From: Halieaceae bacterium
GTDB taxonomy: Bacteria > Pseudomonadota > Gammaproteobacteria > Pseudomonadales > Halieaceae
Reading direction: 5' to 3'
Assembly: GCA_024640505.1 (NCBI GenBank)
Contig: JAHEEV010000008.1
Location: forward strand, 2,977-66,976
DNA: 64,000 nucleotides
Shown: positions 19,626 through 28,123 of the stretch, in pieces
Position numbering within the stretch: position 1 is the stretch's first letter
Layout: the number at the start of each line of letters is the position of its first letter
Position numbers and translations under genes: made by a program
Notes under the pieces: generated by a model
Seen by the model: only the letters and a program-made list of their open reading frames with translations
The model's database searches: none
What the model was told of the DNA's origin: nothing

Positions 19626-19747
19626 GCAGGTTTCCTCCTGTTATGAATAGACAATGCCCGCCACCCGGGGCCACAGGCGGGCTTGCGGAACCCGGGCTCC
19701 GTGGAACCCCTCGGGCACCCTCACCGGTGTTTCACCCGGACAGTCTC

Positions 19748-21370
19748 CTACTGGAGCCCCACCCGTTCTTTTATCCGCCGCCGCAGGACATCCTTGCGCA
19801 CCTTGCCGCTGGCGGTGCGCGGCAGTTCGTCGACCACCTCCACGTGCTGGGGAATCTTCTGTTTCGCCAGGCCGGCTTCATCGGCAAAGGCAGCCACCAG
19901 GGCGAGGTCTGGCACCACCTCCGCAGACTCCGGGATCACGAAAGCGCAGACACCCTCCCCCAGCCGCTCGTGGGGCATGGCTACCACGGCCGCTTCCCGA
20001 ATGCCCGGGTGGTCGTGGAGCACGTCCTCCACCTCCTTGGCGCTGATATTCTCTCCGCCGCGGATAATGATGTCCTTCTTGCGATCAGTGATGAGAATGG
20101 CGTCATCCGCGGTACGCTGGCCTATATCACCGGTGAGGAAAAAGCCGTCACTGTCATGGGCTTCTGCATCCTGTCGGGGATCGGCATAACCCAGCATCTT
20201 GCCCGCACCCCGTGCGGCGATTTCACCGTCCTCTCCGATGCCCAGTTCCTTGCCCTCCTCATCGAGGATCTTCACCTCGTAGCCGAATATTTTGCCATCG
20301 GTCTCGGCAGCCAGTTGCCGCTCCCCCTCGCCGACGAAGCCCAGGGTGATAATGGGCACCTCGGTACTGCCATAGACCCTGAAGGCCCTGCAGTTATCCA
20401 AAACCTCCCAGGCGCGGGTGACCACCTGTGGTGGCACCGCCGCGCCCCCGCAGGCAAAGAGGCGCATGCTGGGCAGGCCGGTGCCGGCGCGCTCTGCGGC
20501 GTCTACCAGCTCCACCAGGAAAGGTGTCGCCCCTACACTCGCCGTGGCGCCTACTTTCTGAATGAATGCTACTGCGGCATCCGCGTCCCAACGGGCCATC
20601 AGCGCGGACTTGGTCGGGGTCACGAATGGCAACACCATCCCGGAGCCATAACCGGTGATATGGGTAACGGGCGACGGCATCAGCATGACGTCGCGCTCAT
20701 CCAGCTGCCAGTAGTCCCGGGAATTATGGATGACCCGGGTCAGGGTATTGTGGCTGTGGAGCACCGCCTTGGGGTTGCCGGTGGTGCCCGACGTGTAGAG
20801 GATCGCCTTGATGCAATTGGGATCTATCGCCGGCAGCGTGGCGAGATCGGCCGCCTCATTGTTCACCAGGTTCTCGTAGCACAGCATCCCGGGGTGCTCA
20901 TCCTGCGCCCTTACCGTGACGATGTATTCCAGGTCTGGCAGGTCCGGCTGCAGGCCGGCCAGCATCGAGGGAAACTCCAGGCTGCGTATCTGCTCGGGAA
21001 TGTAGATCAGGCGGGTGCGCGCGTCCTTGAGGATGAAGCGCAGCTCATGGTCGCGGTAGATGGGTATCACCGGATTGACGATCAGGCCCATTGCCGAGGC
21101 GGCAATGTCCAGCACCACCGACTCGCGCCAGTTGGGCAACTGGAAGCTGACCACGTCGCCCTCCTTCAGGCCCAGCCCGCGCAGACCGGTCACCAGTCGC
21201 AGGGCCTCATCGGCGATAGCGCCGTAGGTGATGGGCGGCTCGTCCTCGAGGTAGATCGCCACCTCGTCCGGCATTTTCTCCGCCTTCTCCCAGGCCGCGG
21301 TGGCGATGGTCTTGTTGAACCAGAGGTGTTGGTCCCGCTCTATACGCGCCTGGCTCAGGGGATTTTTCAT
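19748..21370 (-). CDS. Acyl-CoA synthetase (AMP-forming adenylating enzyme, ANL superfamily)
   Basis: AMP-binding motif YTSGTTGNPKAV, also TGDIG and a C-terminal ...GKVRKDVLR. Confidence 0.9.
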   Translation of the reverse strand: MKNPLSQARIERDQHLWFNKTIATAAWEKAEKMPDEVAIYLEDEPPITYGAIADEALRLVTGLRGLGLKEGDVVSFQLPNWRESVVLDIAASAMGLIVNPVIPIYRDHELRFILKDARTRLIYIPEQIRSLEFPSMLAGLQPDLPDLEYIVTVRAQDEHPGMLCYENLVNNEAADLATLPAIDPNCIKAILYTSGTTGNPKAVLHSHNTLTRVIHNSRDYWQLDERDVMLMPSPVTHITGYGSGMVLPFVTPTKSALMARWDADAAVAFIQKVGATASVGATPFLVELVDAAERAGTGLPSMRLFACGGAAVPPQVVTRAWEVLDNCRAFRVYGSTEVPIITLGFVGEGERQLAAETDGKIFGYEVKILDEEGKELGIGEDGEIAARGAGKMLGYADPRQDAEAHDSDGFFLTGDIGQRTADDAILITDRKKDIIIRGGENISAKEVEDVLHDHPGIREAAVVAMPHERLGEGVCAFVIPESAEVVPDLALVAAFADEAGLAKQKIPQHVEVVDELPRTASGKVRKDVLRRRIKERVGLQ

Positions 21371-21415
21371 AGTCGCGACGCTCCCGTGTGCAAGCCCGGA
21401 TGGAAAAGGAGTGAC

Positions 21416-22192
21416 TTAAAGGCTGGACAGTACATGGCCGCCATCAACCGTCAGGGCCGCACCGGTCATGAGTGCGCCGGCCGGTGAAGCCAGCAGCAAC
21501 AGCGGGCCATTCAGATCCTGGAGGTCTCCGACCCGACGCTGGGGAATGCGACGGATCATCTCCTGCCCCGCTTCGGATGCCAGCCAGCCGCGGTTCAGGT
21601 CGGTCTCAAAATAGCCGGGGCAGATGGCGTTCACCCGAATTCCGTGCTCGGCCAGCTCCAGCGCCGCTGTGCGGGTGAACTGCACCACCCCGGCCTTTGA
21701 CGCGGCGTAGTTGGTCAGCAGTTTCTGCTCCCGGTGGGCCAGGATGGAGGCGATATTGATCACGCTGCCGCCGATGCCCGCGGCAATCATGCGCTGTGCA
21801 GACTCCCGGGTCACAAACGCCAGGCCGTTGAGGTTGGTATCAATCACCCCGGACCAGTCGTCGTCCTCGAGGTCCACCAGGGGTTTGGGGATAGTGATGC
21901 CGGCATTATTGACCACGACCGATACGGTACCGAAGGTTTGCTCCGCGGCGTCGAAGGCGCTGGCGATGCTGGCGCTTGACGTGACATCCATGGTGACCGC
22001 CACAGCCTCTCCACCGGCTTCGTTAATCTCATCACAGGCGGCCTGAACCCGCTCGCTGCGACGGGCTGCCAGGACGACTTGCGCACCGGCCCTGGCCAGC
22101 ACCGCGCCAAAATGGCGACCGAAGCCACTTGAAGCGCCCGTCACGAGGGCGGTTTTACCCTCCAGCAGGAATGGCTGGAACAGGTCATTCAT
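21416..22192 (-). CDS. SDR family oxidoreductase
   Basis: TGASSGFG, NNAG, YAASKAG. Confidence 0.9.
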   Translation of the reverse strand: MNDLFQPFLLEGKTALVTGASSGFGRHFGAVLARAGAQVVLAARRSERVQAACDEINEAGGEAVAVTMDVTSSASIASAFDAAEQTFGTVSVVVNNAGITIPKPLVDLEDDDWSGVIDTNLNGLAFVTRESAQRMIAAGIGGSVINIASILAHREQKLLTNYAASKAGVVQFTRTAALELAEHGIRVNAICPGYFETDLNRGWLASEAGQEMIRRIPQRRVGDLQDLNGPLLLLASPAGALMTGAALTVDGGHVLSSL

Positions 22193-22218
22193 GTCTCACC
22201 CTCTCTTGGTTGCCCGCG

Positions 22219-23604
22219 TCAGGCGTAGACATATTTATCCAGGGTCTGGTGGAAATGCCGGATGCGGATCTCCTGGTAGTTCCCCAGCACCACTTCACCG
22301 GACTTCAGGTTTTTCAGACCCCGCTGCACCATCTTCAGGTTGCTGAAGTCCTGGTCGAAGACCCGGCCCAGCCCCCCTTCCAGGCCTTCGGCCTCGGAGA
22401 ACAGCTGGTCCTTGTCCAGCCGCTGCACCGGGCAGTCCACAGGGCGATCCTCTCCCTCGGGGTAGCGCATCAGGACAATGATCTCCATGGTGCACATCTC
22501 GTGGTTGTCACCATAGGGTTTCATACGATAGGTCAGGTTGGGATGGAAACCCGCCCAGGGCGCGAAGTTGGGAAACAGGGAATACAGGATCGAATCCATG
22601 ATTTCGCTATGTGTGCAAAAACTTGCAAGGTCTGTTTTGTACTGCTCGGAGAAGGCACTGAAGTAATAATCCGCCAGCCATTCCCGGGCTGTCATGCCCT
22701 CGGGGACCTCCATCTTTTCGCCGCCTGCCAGCAGGTTCGCATGCTGCAACCAGTCGTTGACGGTCTGGCCGGGTTCGACATTTTCCAGGTGCGGGCTGAC
22801 GACCCCCATGGGCGAAATGGTGCGGCTGACGTTGTCCCCCCAGCAATCGTACTGGGAGTTGGAGTCCCCCAGGTAGGGCATTATCTGCGGGTGGGTCTGC
22901 ACGGTGTGAAAGGACTCGATGAAGGCCTCCCAGGCCACCTTCCAGTTGCACTCGATCACCTTCTCCACATGCAGGGCCTTGAACGTATTCTCGGGCTTCC
23001 AGCGGGTGAAGTGTTGCGGCAGGATTCCCATGTAACTCTGCAGTGACTCGGCCTCCAGGTCCATGTTCATGAAGACCCAGCCACCCCAGGTATCCACCTG
23101 CACTTGCGGGAGAGAAAACTCACTCTTGTTGATGTGGGGGAAATCCCACTCGCAGGGTGCCCCCTTGAAATCGCCCTCGAGGCTCCAGCGGAAGCCGTGG
23201 TAGGGACACTTGAATTCCCGGGCGTTACCACAGTCCTTGCGCAGCTGGCGGCCGCGGTGCAGGCAGGCGTTGTGATAACCCTTCAACGCGCCGGACTCAG
23301 TGCGTGTCACCACGATGGAGTAGGTGGTGATATCGTGGACAAAGTAGTCCCCGGGATTGCCGATTTCTGTTTCCCGGCAGACCGCCTGCCAGGTGCGGTT
23401 CCACATTTTCTCCACTTCGAGCTCGTGGAACTCGCGGCTCAGGTACCGGTCCACCGACAGGTTGTCGGAGCCCAGGAAGGTGTCGGTGCTCTCGCGAAGA
23501 GGGGCGGGCACGGGGTTGGTCTCTCTGTCCAGCATCTCCTGGTAGGTATCGCCATCGGAGCGGGTGACTACCCGGCCGTCCTCCAGCTCAATACTTCTGC
23601 TCAA
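22219..23604 (-). CDS. Rieske [2Fe-2S] non-haem-iron oxygenase, alpha subunit type (paralogue 2)
   Basis: CLHRGRQL...CPYHGFRW. Shares long identical blocks with 16863..18254 (NLSVDRYLSREFHE, RTWQAVCRETE, QVQVDTWGGWVF, FPNFAPWAGFHPN). The ORF track starts at 23823, inside the upstream thiolase gene. I place the start at TTG 23604, 6 nt after AGGAGA (23616-23611), giving 461 aa against 463 aa for the paralogue. Confidence 0.9.
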   Translation of the reverse strand: MSRSIELEDGRVVTRSDGDTYQEMLDRETNPVPAPLRESTDTFLGSDNLSVDRYLSREFHELEVEKMWNRTWQAVCRETEIGNPGDYFVHDITTYSIVVTRTESGALKGYHNACLHRGRQLRKDCGNAREFKCPYHGFRWSLEGDFKGAPCEWDFPHINKSEFSLPQVQVDTWGGWVFMNMDLEAESLQSYMGILPQHFTRWKPENTFKALHVEKVIECNWKVAWEAFIESFHTVQTHPQIMPYLGDSNSQYDCWGDNVSRTISPMGVVSPHLENVEPGQTVNDWLQHANLLAGGEKMEVPEGMTAREWLADYYFSAFSEQYKTDLASFCTHSEIMDSILYSLFPNFAPWAGFHPNLTYRMKPYGDNHEMCTMEIIVLMRYPEGEDRPVDCPVQRLDKDQLFSEAEGLEGGLGRVFDQDFSNLKMVQRGLKNLKSGEVVLGNYQEIRIRHFHQTLDKYVYA

Positions 23605-23614
23605 AATGTTTCTC

Positions 23615-24760
23615 CTAACGCTGCAGGATAGTGACGGCGCTGATGCCGGGCGCGCCATAGACGTGGGTGTAGCCCAGCTTCGGCTCGCCCGGTACCTGGT
23701 GTTCGCCCGCCTCATGACGCAATTGCAGCACGTTCTCGTAAACCTGGCGCAGGCCGGAGGCACCAATGGGCTCGCCATTGGCCAGGCATCCGCCATCCGT
23801 ATTGATGGGCATGCTACCGCCAATATGGGTGGCGCCGGACTGGATCAGGTGTTCCTGCTCACCGTGCTCGCAAAAGCCGTTTTCCGCCATGTGCATGATT
23901 TCAGCACCCGATTCGGTGTCCTGCAATTGCGCCACGTCGATGTCCCGGGGCCCAACCCCCGCCATCTCGAAAGCGGCCTTCGAGGCATCCACCGTCGGGC
24001 CGTCAACCTGCCGGAGGGCCTGGCTGGGCGCAAACACCTCGAACGATCCAAACCGGCGCGACTTGAGAACGGCGGATTTCAGGTACACGGGTTTATCCGT
24101 GTATTGCCTGGCCTTGTCCGCATGGCATAACACCAGGGCCACTCCACCCTCTGCCGGCGAGCAGAACATGAACTTGGTGAGTGGATCGTTGAGCATCATG
24201 GAATTGGCAATCGTATCGGCGTCCACCGGTTCGCGACGCCAGGCGTTGGGATTCAGGGCACCGTTGGTGAATGCTTTTTCAGCCACTTTCGCCAGGGTGC
24301 CGGAACTGATCCCGTAGTCGTGCATATACTTCTGGATCTTCATGGCAAAAAACTGGGTGGTCATCATCAGGCCGACTTCGCCGTACCAGTCGCCCAGACC
24401 CAGCGCCTTCGGGTCGGCGTTGAAAGCGCCGCGATCGTGCTTGTCAAAGCCTACAACCAGACCCAGGTCATGCTCGCCAGACTTGATCGCACTGTAGGCC
24501 GCCATCAGGGAACTGCCGCCCGTGGCACAGCCATTGGCCACATTGATAAAGGGAATTCCCGTCAGCCCGAGCTCATTACCCAACGCATCGGCGTTGCCGG
24601 CGCTGGCGCTGCCACCGAAAGCGAACTGGATGTCCTTCCACGCTACGCCCGCGTCCTTGAGAGCCAGGCGCGCTGCATAAGCGCCCTGCTGCAGGCCCGT
24701 TCGCGAAGGGGTACGACCGAAAGGGTGAATGCCGATACCTACAATCGCCACATCCATCAT
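23615..24760 (-). CDS. Thiolase-like protein, SCP-x / lipid-transfer-protein type
   Basis: Active-site region NVANGCATGGSSL. C-terminal NTDGGCLANGEPIGASG. Immediately follows its DUF35 partner (TGA then ATG with no gap). Confidence 0.9.
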   Translation of the reverse strand: MMDVAIVGIGIHPFGRTPSRTGLQQGAYAARLALKDAGVAWKDIQFAFGGSASAGNADALGNELGLTGIPFINVANGCATGGSSLMAAYSAIKSGEHDLGLVVGFDKHDRGAFNADPKALGLGDWYGEVGLMMTTQFFAMKIQKYMHDYGISSGTLAKVAEKAFTNGALNPNAWRREPVDADTIANSMMLNDPLTKFMFCSPAEGGVALVLCHADKARQYTDKPVYLKSAVLKSRRFGSFEVFAPSQALRQVDGPTVDASKAAFEMAGVGPRDIDVAQLQDTESGAEIMHMAENGFCEHGEQEHLIQSGATHIGGSMPINTDGGCLANGEPIGASGLRQVYENVLQLRHEAGEHQVPGEPKLGYTHVYGAPGISAVTILQR

Positions 24761-25195
24761 TCAGTCTCCCGCTGCCACCGGCTTGAAGAAAAAGCTGATG
24801 ACCTCGTCGCCGTTGTCTTCTGTACGCCAGGTCTCGAATACCACGTCCATTTCCATTCCAATCTGTATTTTGTCGGGGTCGTTCTCCGTAAGCCGCCCTT
24901 CTACCCGCACGCCGCCCGGCAGTTCGAGATAGCCCACGCCGTAAGGCTTGAAAGTCTCCGGCGTCTCGCCGCTGAGGTAGGGTGGCTTGGGCATGAACTG
25001 CTGCACGGTCCAGGTCCACAGCGTCCCGCGGGTGGGCAGTTCCTCGACCGATACATCCTCGCCGCTGCAGGCCATACAGGATTGCGCTACCGGAAAAGTG
25101 GCAATACCGCAGTTGTTGCACCGACTGCCCAGCAGGGCCGGGTTATCCGCAGGCCAGGTGAACAGGCCCTCGGCGATGGGAAGTTGCTTACTCAT
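24761..25195 (-). CDS. Zn-ribbon + OB-fold protein (DUF35 family), thiolase partner
   Basis: ATG at 25195. Rubredoxin-like CNNCGIATFPVAQSCMACSG (CxxC...CxxC) followed by an OB-fold-like C-terminus, the usual DUF35 architecture. Confidence 0.85.
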   Translation of the reverse strand: MSKQLPIAEGLFTWPADNPALLGSRCNNCGIATFPVAQSCMACSGEDVSVEELPTRGTLWTWTVQQFMPKPPYLSGETPETFKPYGVGYLELPGGVRVEGRLTENDPDKIQIGMEMDVVFETWRTEDNGDEVISFFFKPVAAGD

Positions 25196-25255
25196 GGTTT
25201 TCTCTGGTCTCACCTCTTCCCGACACAATAATCAGGGACGGCCGGGGATATGGCC

Positions 25256-26662
25256 TCATAACGTCAGGTTCTGCATCCAGTTGGCGTGAAAGCCATTGGG
25301 TACCCGTCCGGGGATATGTATCTTGGCGACCGGGCCACTGTCAAAATCGCCCGCGCTGAGTATCGACAGGAATGCACCCTCCCCGGGATTGTAGACAAAG
25401 CACATAACATAGCCGTCTTCTTCCCGGTCGCTGTCGGGGTTGGGCACGTGCACCGGTTCGCCGGCGTTGGCCTCGGGGCCGTATTCCCACAGTCTGGTTT
25501 CGCCGGTCTGGAAATCGAAACGGCCCGTACAGTTATAGCCGTGAGCGTCCCCCCAATCACGGTTGGAACAGGTGGCAAAACCGTAACGGTAGTCCTTGCC
25601 CATGCGGCGCTCGTCCACCCGGGAGAATTCACACCAGGCATCGGAGAACTGCTCGTTGGTCACCGCTTTGGTGGCCAGGTCGAGGGTCATACGGTACATC
25701 CGGCGAGGCTGCTTCTCCACGCCGGTACCCTGGGCCTGGGTAAACGGTATGGAATTGATCCACACATAGTCGATGACGATCTTGCCGCCCTGCTCGAAGC
25801 CGTTGCAGTAATGCCAGCTGAAAAACGCATCCGTCTCGAATACGATGTTCTCACCGCTGCCACTGCGGGGGATTGCTATGATCTTCGTGCCCTTTTCCGG
25901 CTCCCACATGAAGGGGTTTTCACCCTTCATGGCCTTCTCCACGCTGTGGAACGCGGGGGCATAGAAAATGACGATGTAGTTGTCGGTGATCTGCAGGTCG
26001 TGGATGATGCCCTTGCGGGGGAATTCCACCGGGATGGTCTGCTTGTGCACCCCTCTGGCATCGAATACCTGCACCCAGTAGTTGGGGCTGTCCCAGCGCT
26101 GGGTACAGGAGATCAGGTCGCCGGTATCCGGGCAGACTTTGGGATGTGCGGTCAGGGCATCCCCGGGCTTGAGAGCGCCTTCGTAATCGTAGAGCCCGAC
26201 CGTGGACAGGTCGTTGTTCAGCAGGTGGGGAAAACCACCCTCCCACATGGCGAGCAACTTCCCCGCGTGATAGAGCACATTGGTGTTGGCCGTATTGCGG
26301 ATCGGGTTGGGCTCACCCCCGGCGTCGATCACTTCCTGCGGCACTTCCATCAGCTTGCCCACACTGCCGTAGAGGGTGCGACCGAACTTGCGCTCCGTCA
26401 GGAGGTGGCTGGTCTGCACCCAGCGATTTTTGTACTCGACATGACCGTCCTTGAAGTAGACCGCATGCACCATGCCGTCACCGTCCAGCGGATAAACATA
26501 GTGATTGGGCTGGAAGGCGCAGTTGGGGCCGTCCCGCATGAATGCCCCCACCAGGTTATCCGGAACATTACCTTCTACACGCAGTTCGTCTTCACTGAAA
26601 TCCCGCTCCTCGTCGATCGGGGCGTAGTTGCCTTGCAGGTAGGGAAATGCACTTAAGTCCAT
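25256..26662 (-). CDS. Carotenoid-cleavage oxygenase family protein (CCO / lignostilbene dioxygenase-like), cytoplasmic
   Basis: 468 aa with no signal peptide. Iron-ligand His contexts MVHAVYF, TAHPKV, IIHDLQIT, SWHYCNGF and GFHANW lie in the order typical of the RPE65/CCO propeller. Confidence 0.9.
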   Translation of the reverse strand: MDLSAFPYLQGNYAPIDEERDFSEDELRVEGNVPDNLVGAFMRDGPNCAFQPNHYVYPLDGDGMVHAVYFKDGHVEYKNRWVQTSHLLTERKFGRTLYGSVGKLMEVPQEVIDAGGEPNPIRNTANTNVLYHAGKLLAMWEGGFPHLLNNDLSTVGLYDYEGALKPGDALTAHPKVCPDTGDLISCTQRWDSPNYWVQVFDARGVHKQTIPVEFPRKGIIHDLQITDNYIVIFYAPAFHSVEKAMKGENPFMWEPEKGTKIIAIPRSGSGENIVFETDAFFSWHYCNGFEQGGKIVIDYVWINSIPFTQAQGTGVEKQPRRMYRMTLDLATKAVTNEQFSDAWCEFSRVDERRMGKDYRYGFATCSNRDWGDAHGYNCTGRFDFQTGETRLWEYGPEANAGEPVHVPNPDSDREEDGYVMCFVYNPGEGAFLSILSAGDFDSGPVAKIHIPGRVPNGFHANWMQNLTL

Positions 26663-26736
26663 GAAGTGACTCCGTTTATCAGCTCGTCAGGTCGTTGGAT
26701 CAGGGATTCTGGATAGTACCAGCTCGCTCCTTATAA

Positions 26737-26754
26737 AAACAGTCCCGTCTGTTT
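26737..26754. promoter_or_regulatory. Operator-like palindrome, site b (AAACAG-TCCCGT-CTGTTT, perfect arms)
   Basis: Located in the 149-bp divergent region between CCO 25256..26662 and SnoaL 26812..27240, 69 and 57 bp from the two start codons. Confidence 0.5.
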
Positions 26755-26811
26755 CTTTTTCGGCAATGAGGCGCTAAAGTCTGAGTATCGGATGCCCCGG
26801 AGAAGCGCGCG

Positions 26812-27240
26812 ATGAGCAGGATCGAAGACCAACTGGCACTGCAGGACCTGATGGCCCGCTATGTAGACGCGGTCAATCGCGTAGACGGAGCCGCCTGGGC
26901 GGCTACCTGGGCCGAGGATGGCAAATGGAGTCTGCTGGGCAACGAGGTCGCCGGCAGGGACAGCATTCTCGCCTACTGGCGGCAGATGATGAGTGGTTTC
27001 GAATTTGCCCTCATGATGCCCGGTTCATGCCTGCTTGAAATAGAGGGTGACTCTGCCTCAGGCCACTGGTACCTGCAGGAGCACACCCGGGACAGGGAGG
27101 GGAATGCCGCCAGTGTCCTGGGCCGCTATCGGGACAGCTACAGCCGGGTTAATGGCCAGTGGCTTTACCAGTCCCGTGACTACGACATCATCTATTACGG
27201 CCCGGCGGATTTAAGCGGAAACTACTCGCCCCTGCCCTGA
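26812..27240 (+). CDS. NTF2/SnoaL-like family protein
   Basis: 142 aa. IEDQLALQDLMARYVDAVNRVDGAAWAATWAEDGKWSL ... YRDSYSRVNGQWLYQSRDY is the classic SnoaL_4 pattern. Confidence 0.8.
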   Translation: MSRIEDQLALQDLMARYVDAVNRVDGAAWAATWAEDGKWSLLGNEVAGRDSILAYWRQMMSGFEFALMMPGSCLLEIEGDSASGHWYLQEHTRDREGNAASVLGRYRDSYSRVNGQWLYQSRDYDIIYYGPADLSGNYSPLP

Positions 27241-27257
27241 TACCGGGTACCAGCGGC

Positions 27258-27644
27258 TCAGGCAGCCGCGTCAATAAGGCGAACCCCATAGGGAGCGATG
27301 TTTTGGTCGCAGGTCAGGATACTCAGGCCTTCAGCCTGGGCCTGCGCTATCAGCATACGATCAAAAGGGTCCCGGTGAAGGGGCGGCAAAGCCCCCGCCT
27401 GCTCGGCGTGAAACGCATCTATCACCAGGGATTCAAATCCTTCCTCATCCAGAATCATGTCAAATCCATCGGGGGCTTGCAGCTTGCCCAGGGATTTCTT
27501 GATGGATATCTCCCAAATGCTGGCAGCACTGACATAAATGACATTATCAGCCGCCGCTATCAGGGATCTCGCTCGAGGACCCAGAGCAGCGTCGTCCGCC
27601 AGCCACCAGAGCAGGACATGCGTATCCAGCAGGAGGCGCTTCAC
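27258..27644 (-). CDS. vapC: Type II toxin, PIN-domain ribonuclease (VapC family)
   Basis: LLLDTHVLLWW, SIWEISIK, DPFDRMLIAQA and LTCD supply the conserved acidic PIN residues. The GTG start overlaps the antitoxin stop (GTGA, 27641-27644). Confidence 0.9.
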   Translation of the reverse strand: MKRLLLDTHVLLWWLADDAALGPRARSLIAAADNVIYVSAASIWEISIKKSLGKLQAPDGFDMILDEEGFESLVIDAFHAEQAGALPPLHRDPFDRMLIAQAQAEGLSILTCDQNIAPYGVRLIDAAA

Positions 27645-27898
27645 GACTCGTCCTCAAATGCTGCAACCACCTCCGGCGGCAAGCGGTCGAAATCCCGGGC
27701 AAGCTTGATCTTGCCTTTGTAACGACCGGGAACCCTCTGCCGGGTTGATGACGTGTGCGGTTTCAAATCCAGATAGGGCTTCCCGGCTTTTGCGATGACG
27801 ACTTCGTCTCCCCGCCAGGCCCGTTCCGCCAGTTGGGATAAACGCGTTTTCGCCTCATGCATATTTACCTGGATGCGATTCACTTTTTTTCTCGGCAT
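27641..27898 (-). CDS. Type II antitoxin (Phd/YefM-like N-terminus), partner of VapC
   Basis: 85 aa. QVNMHEAKTRLSQLAERAWRGDEVVIAKAGKPYLDL matches the Phd/YefM-type antitoxin N-terminus. GGAGA lies 9 nt upstream of the ATG, and there is a 4-bp overlap with the toxin gene. Confidence 0.8.
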   Translation of the reverse strand: MPRKKVNRIQVNMHEAKTRLSQLAERAWRGDEVVIAKAGKPYLDLKPHTSSTRQRVPGRYKGKIKLARDFDRLPPEVVAAFEDES

Positions 27899-27917
27899 AG
27901 CGGACAGTCTCCACTGT

Positions 27918-27938
27918 AATTAGCTAATTTTAGCTAAT
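27918..27938. promoter_or_regulatory. Tandem palindromic operator upstream of the antitoxin-toxin operon
   Basis: AATTAGCTAATT (27918-27929) is a perfect 12-bp palindrome, followed by TTAGCTAA (27930-27937). The centres are 10 bp apart and the site lies 20-40 bp upstream of the antitoxin ATG. Confidence 0.55.
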
Positions 27939-28123
27939 AGAGCGGCTGTGCACTACCTCAGTCCGGAAAAACGTTATTGGAAATCTACTGAAATTAGCGG
28001 AGGATGGAACATCACTTGAAGCCATCAGTGGTAAAACGGCTCCGCATACTGCTGATAGACCTCCAAAACACCCACGGGAAGGCTATCGATACCTGGCCCG
28101 GAACCAATCCCTGGGCACCTGGA

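Noticed and set aside
19656-19682. Stem-loop GCCCGCC-N13-GGCGGGC between the acyl-CoA synthetase and the next SDR gene, considered as an internal terminator. A similar 8-bp stem lies at 38239..38262 between the CCO and ACAD genes.
   Set aside because: Both have a large loop and no downstream U-tract on the transcribed strand. They may affect mRNA stability or act as REP-like elements, but I cannot call them terminators.
19643-21487. 614-aa plus-strand ORF, the longest of many long ORFs lying antisense to well-supported genes. Others: 12283..13812, 8488..9576, 10575..11723, 25286..26656, 28004..28999, 33456..34949, 38625..39773, 41167..42195, 47684..49096, 58550..59791.
   Set aside because: Each lies fully inside or opposite a gene with clear family motifs. 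The translations are Arg/Gly/His/Pro/Ala-rich, lack any recognisable motif and have no plausible SD or start context. These are typical shadow ORFs of GC-rich DNA.
23605-23823. Upstream 73 codons of the second Rieske ORF.
   Set aside because: They overlap the 3' end of the thiolase gene. The paralogue at 16863 has no such extension. A TTG at 23604 follows AGGAGA with a 6-nt spacer and restores the paralogue's length.
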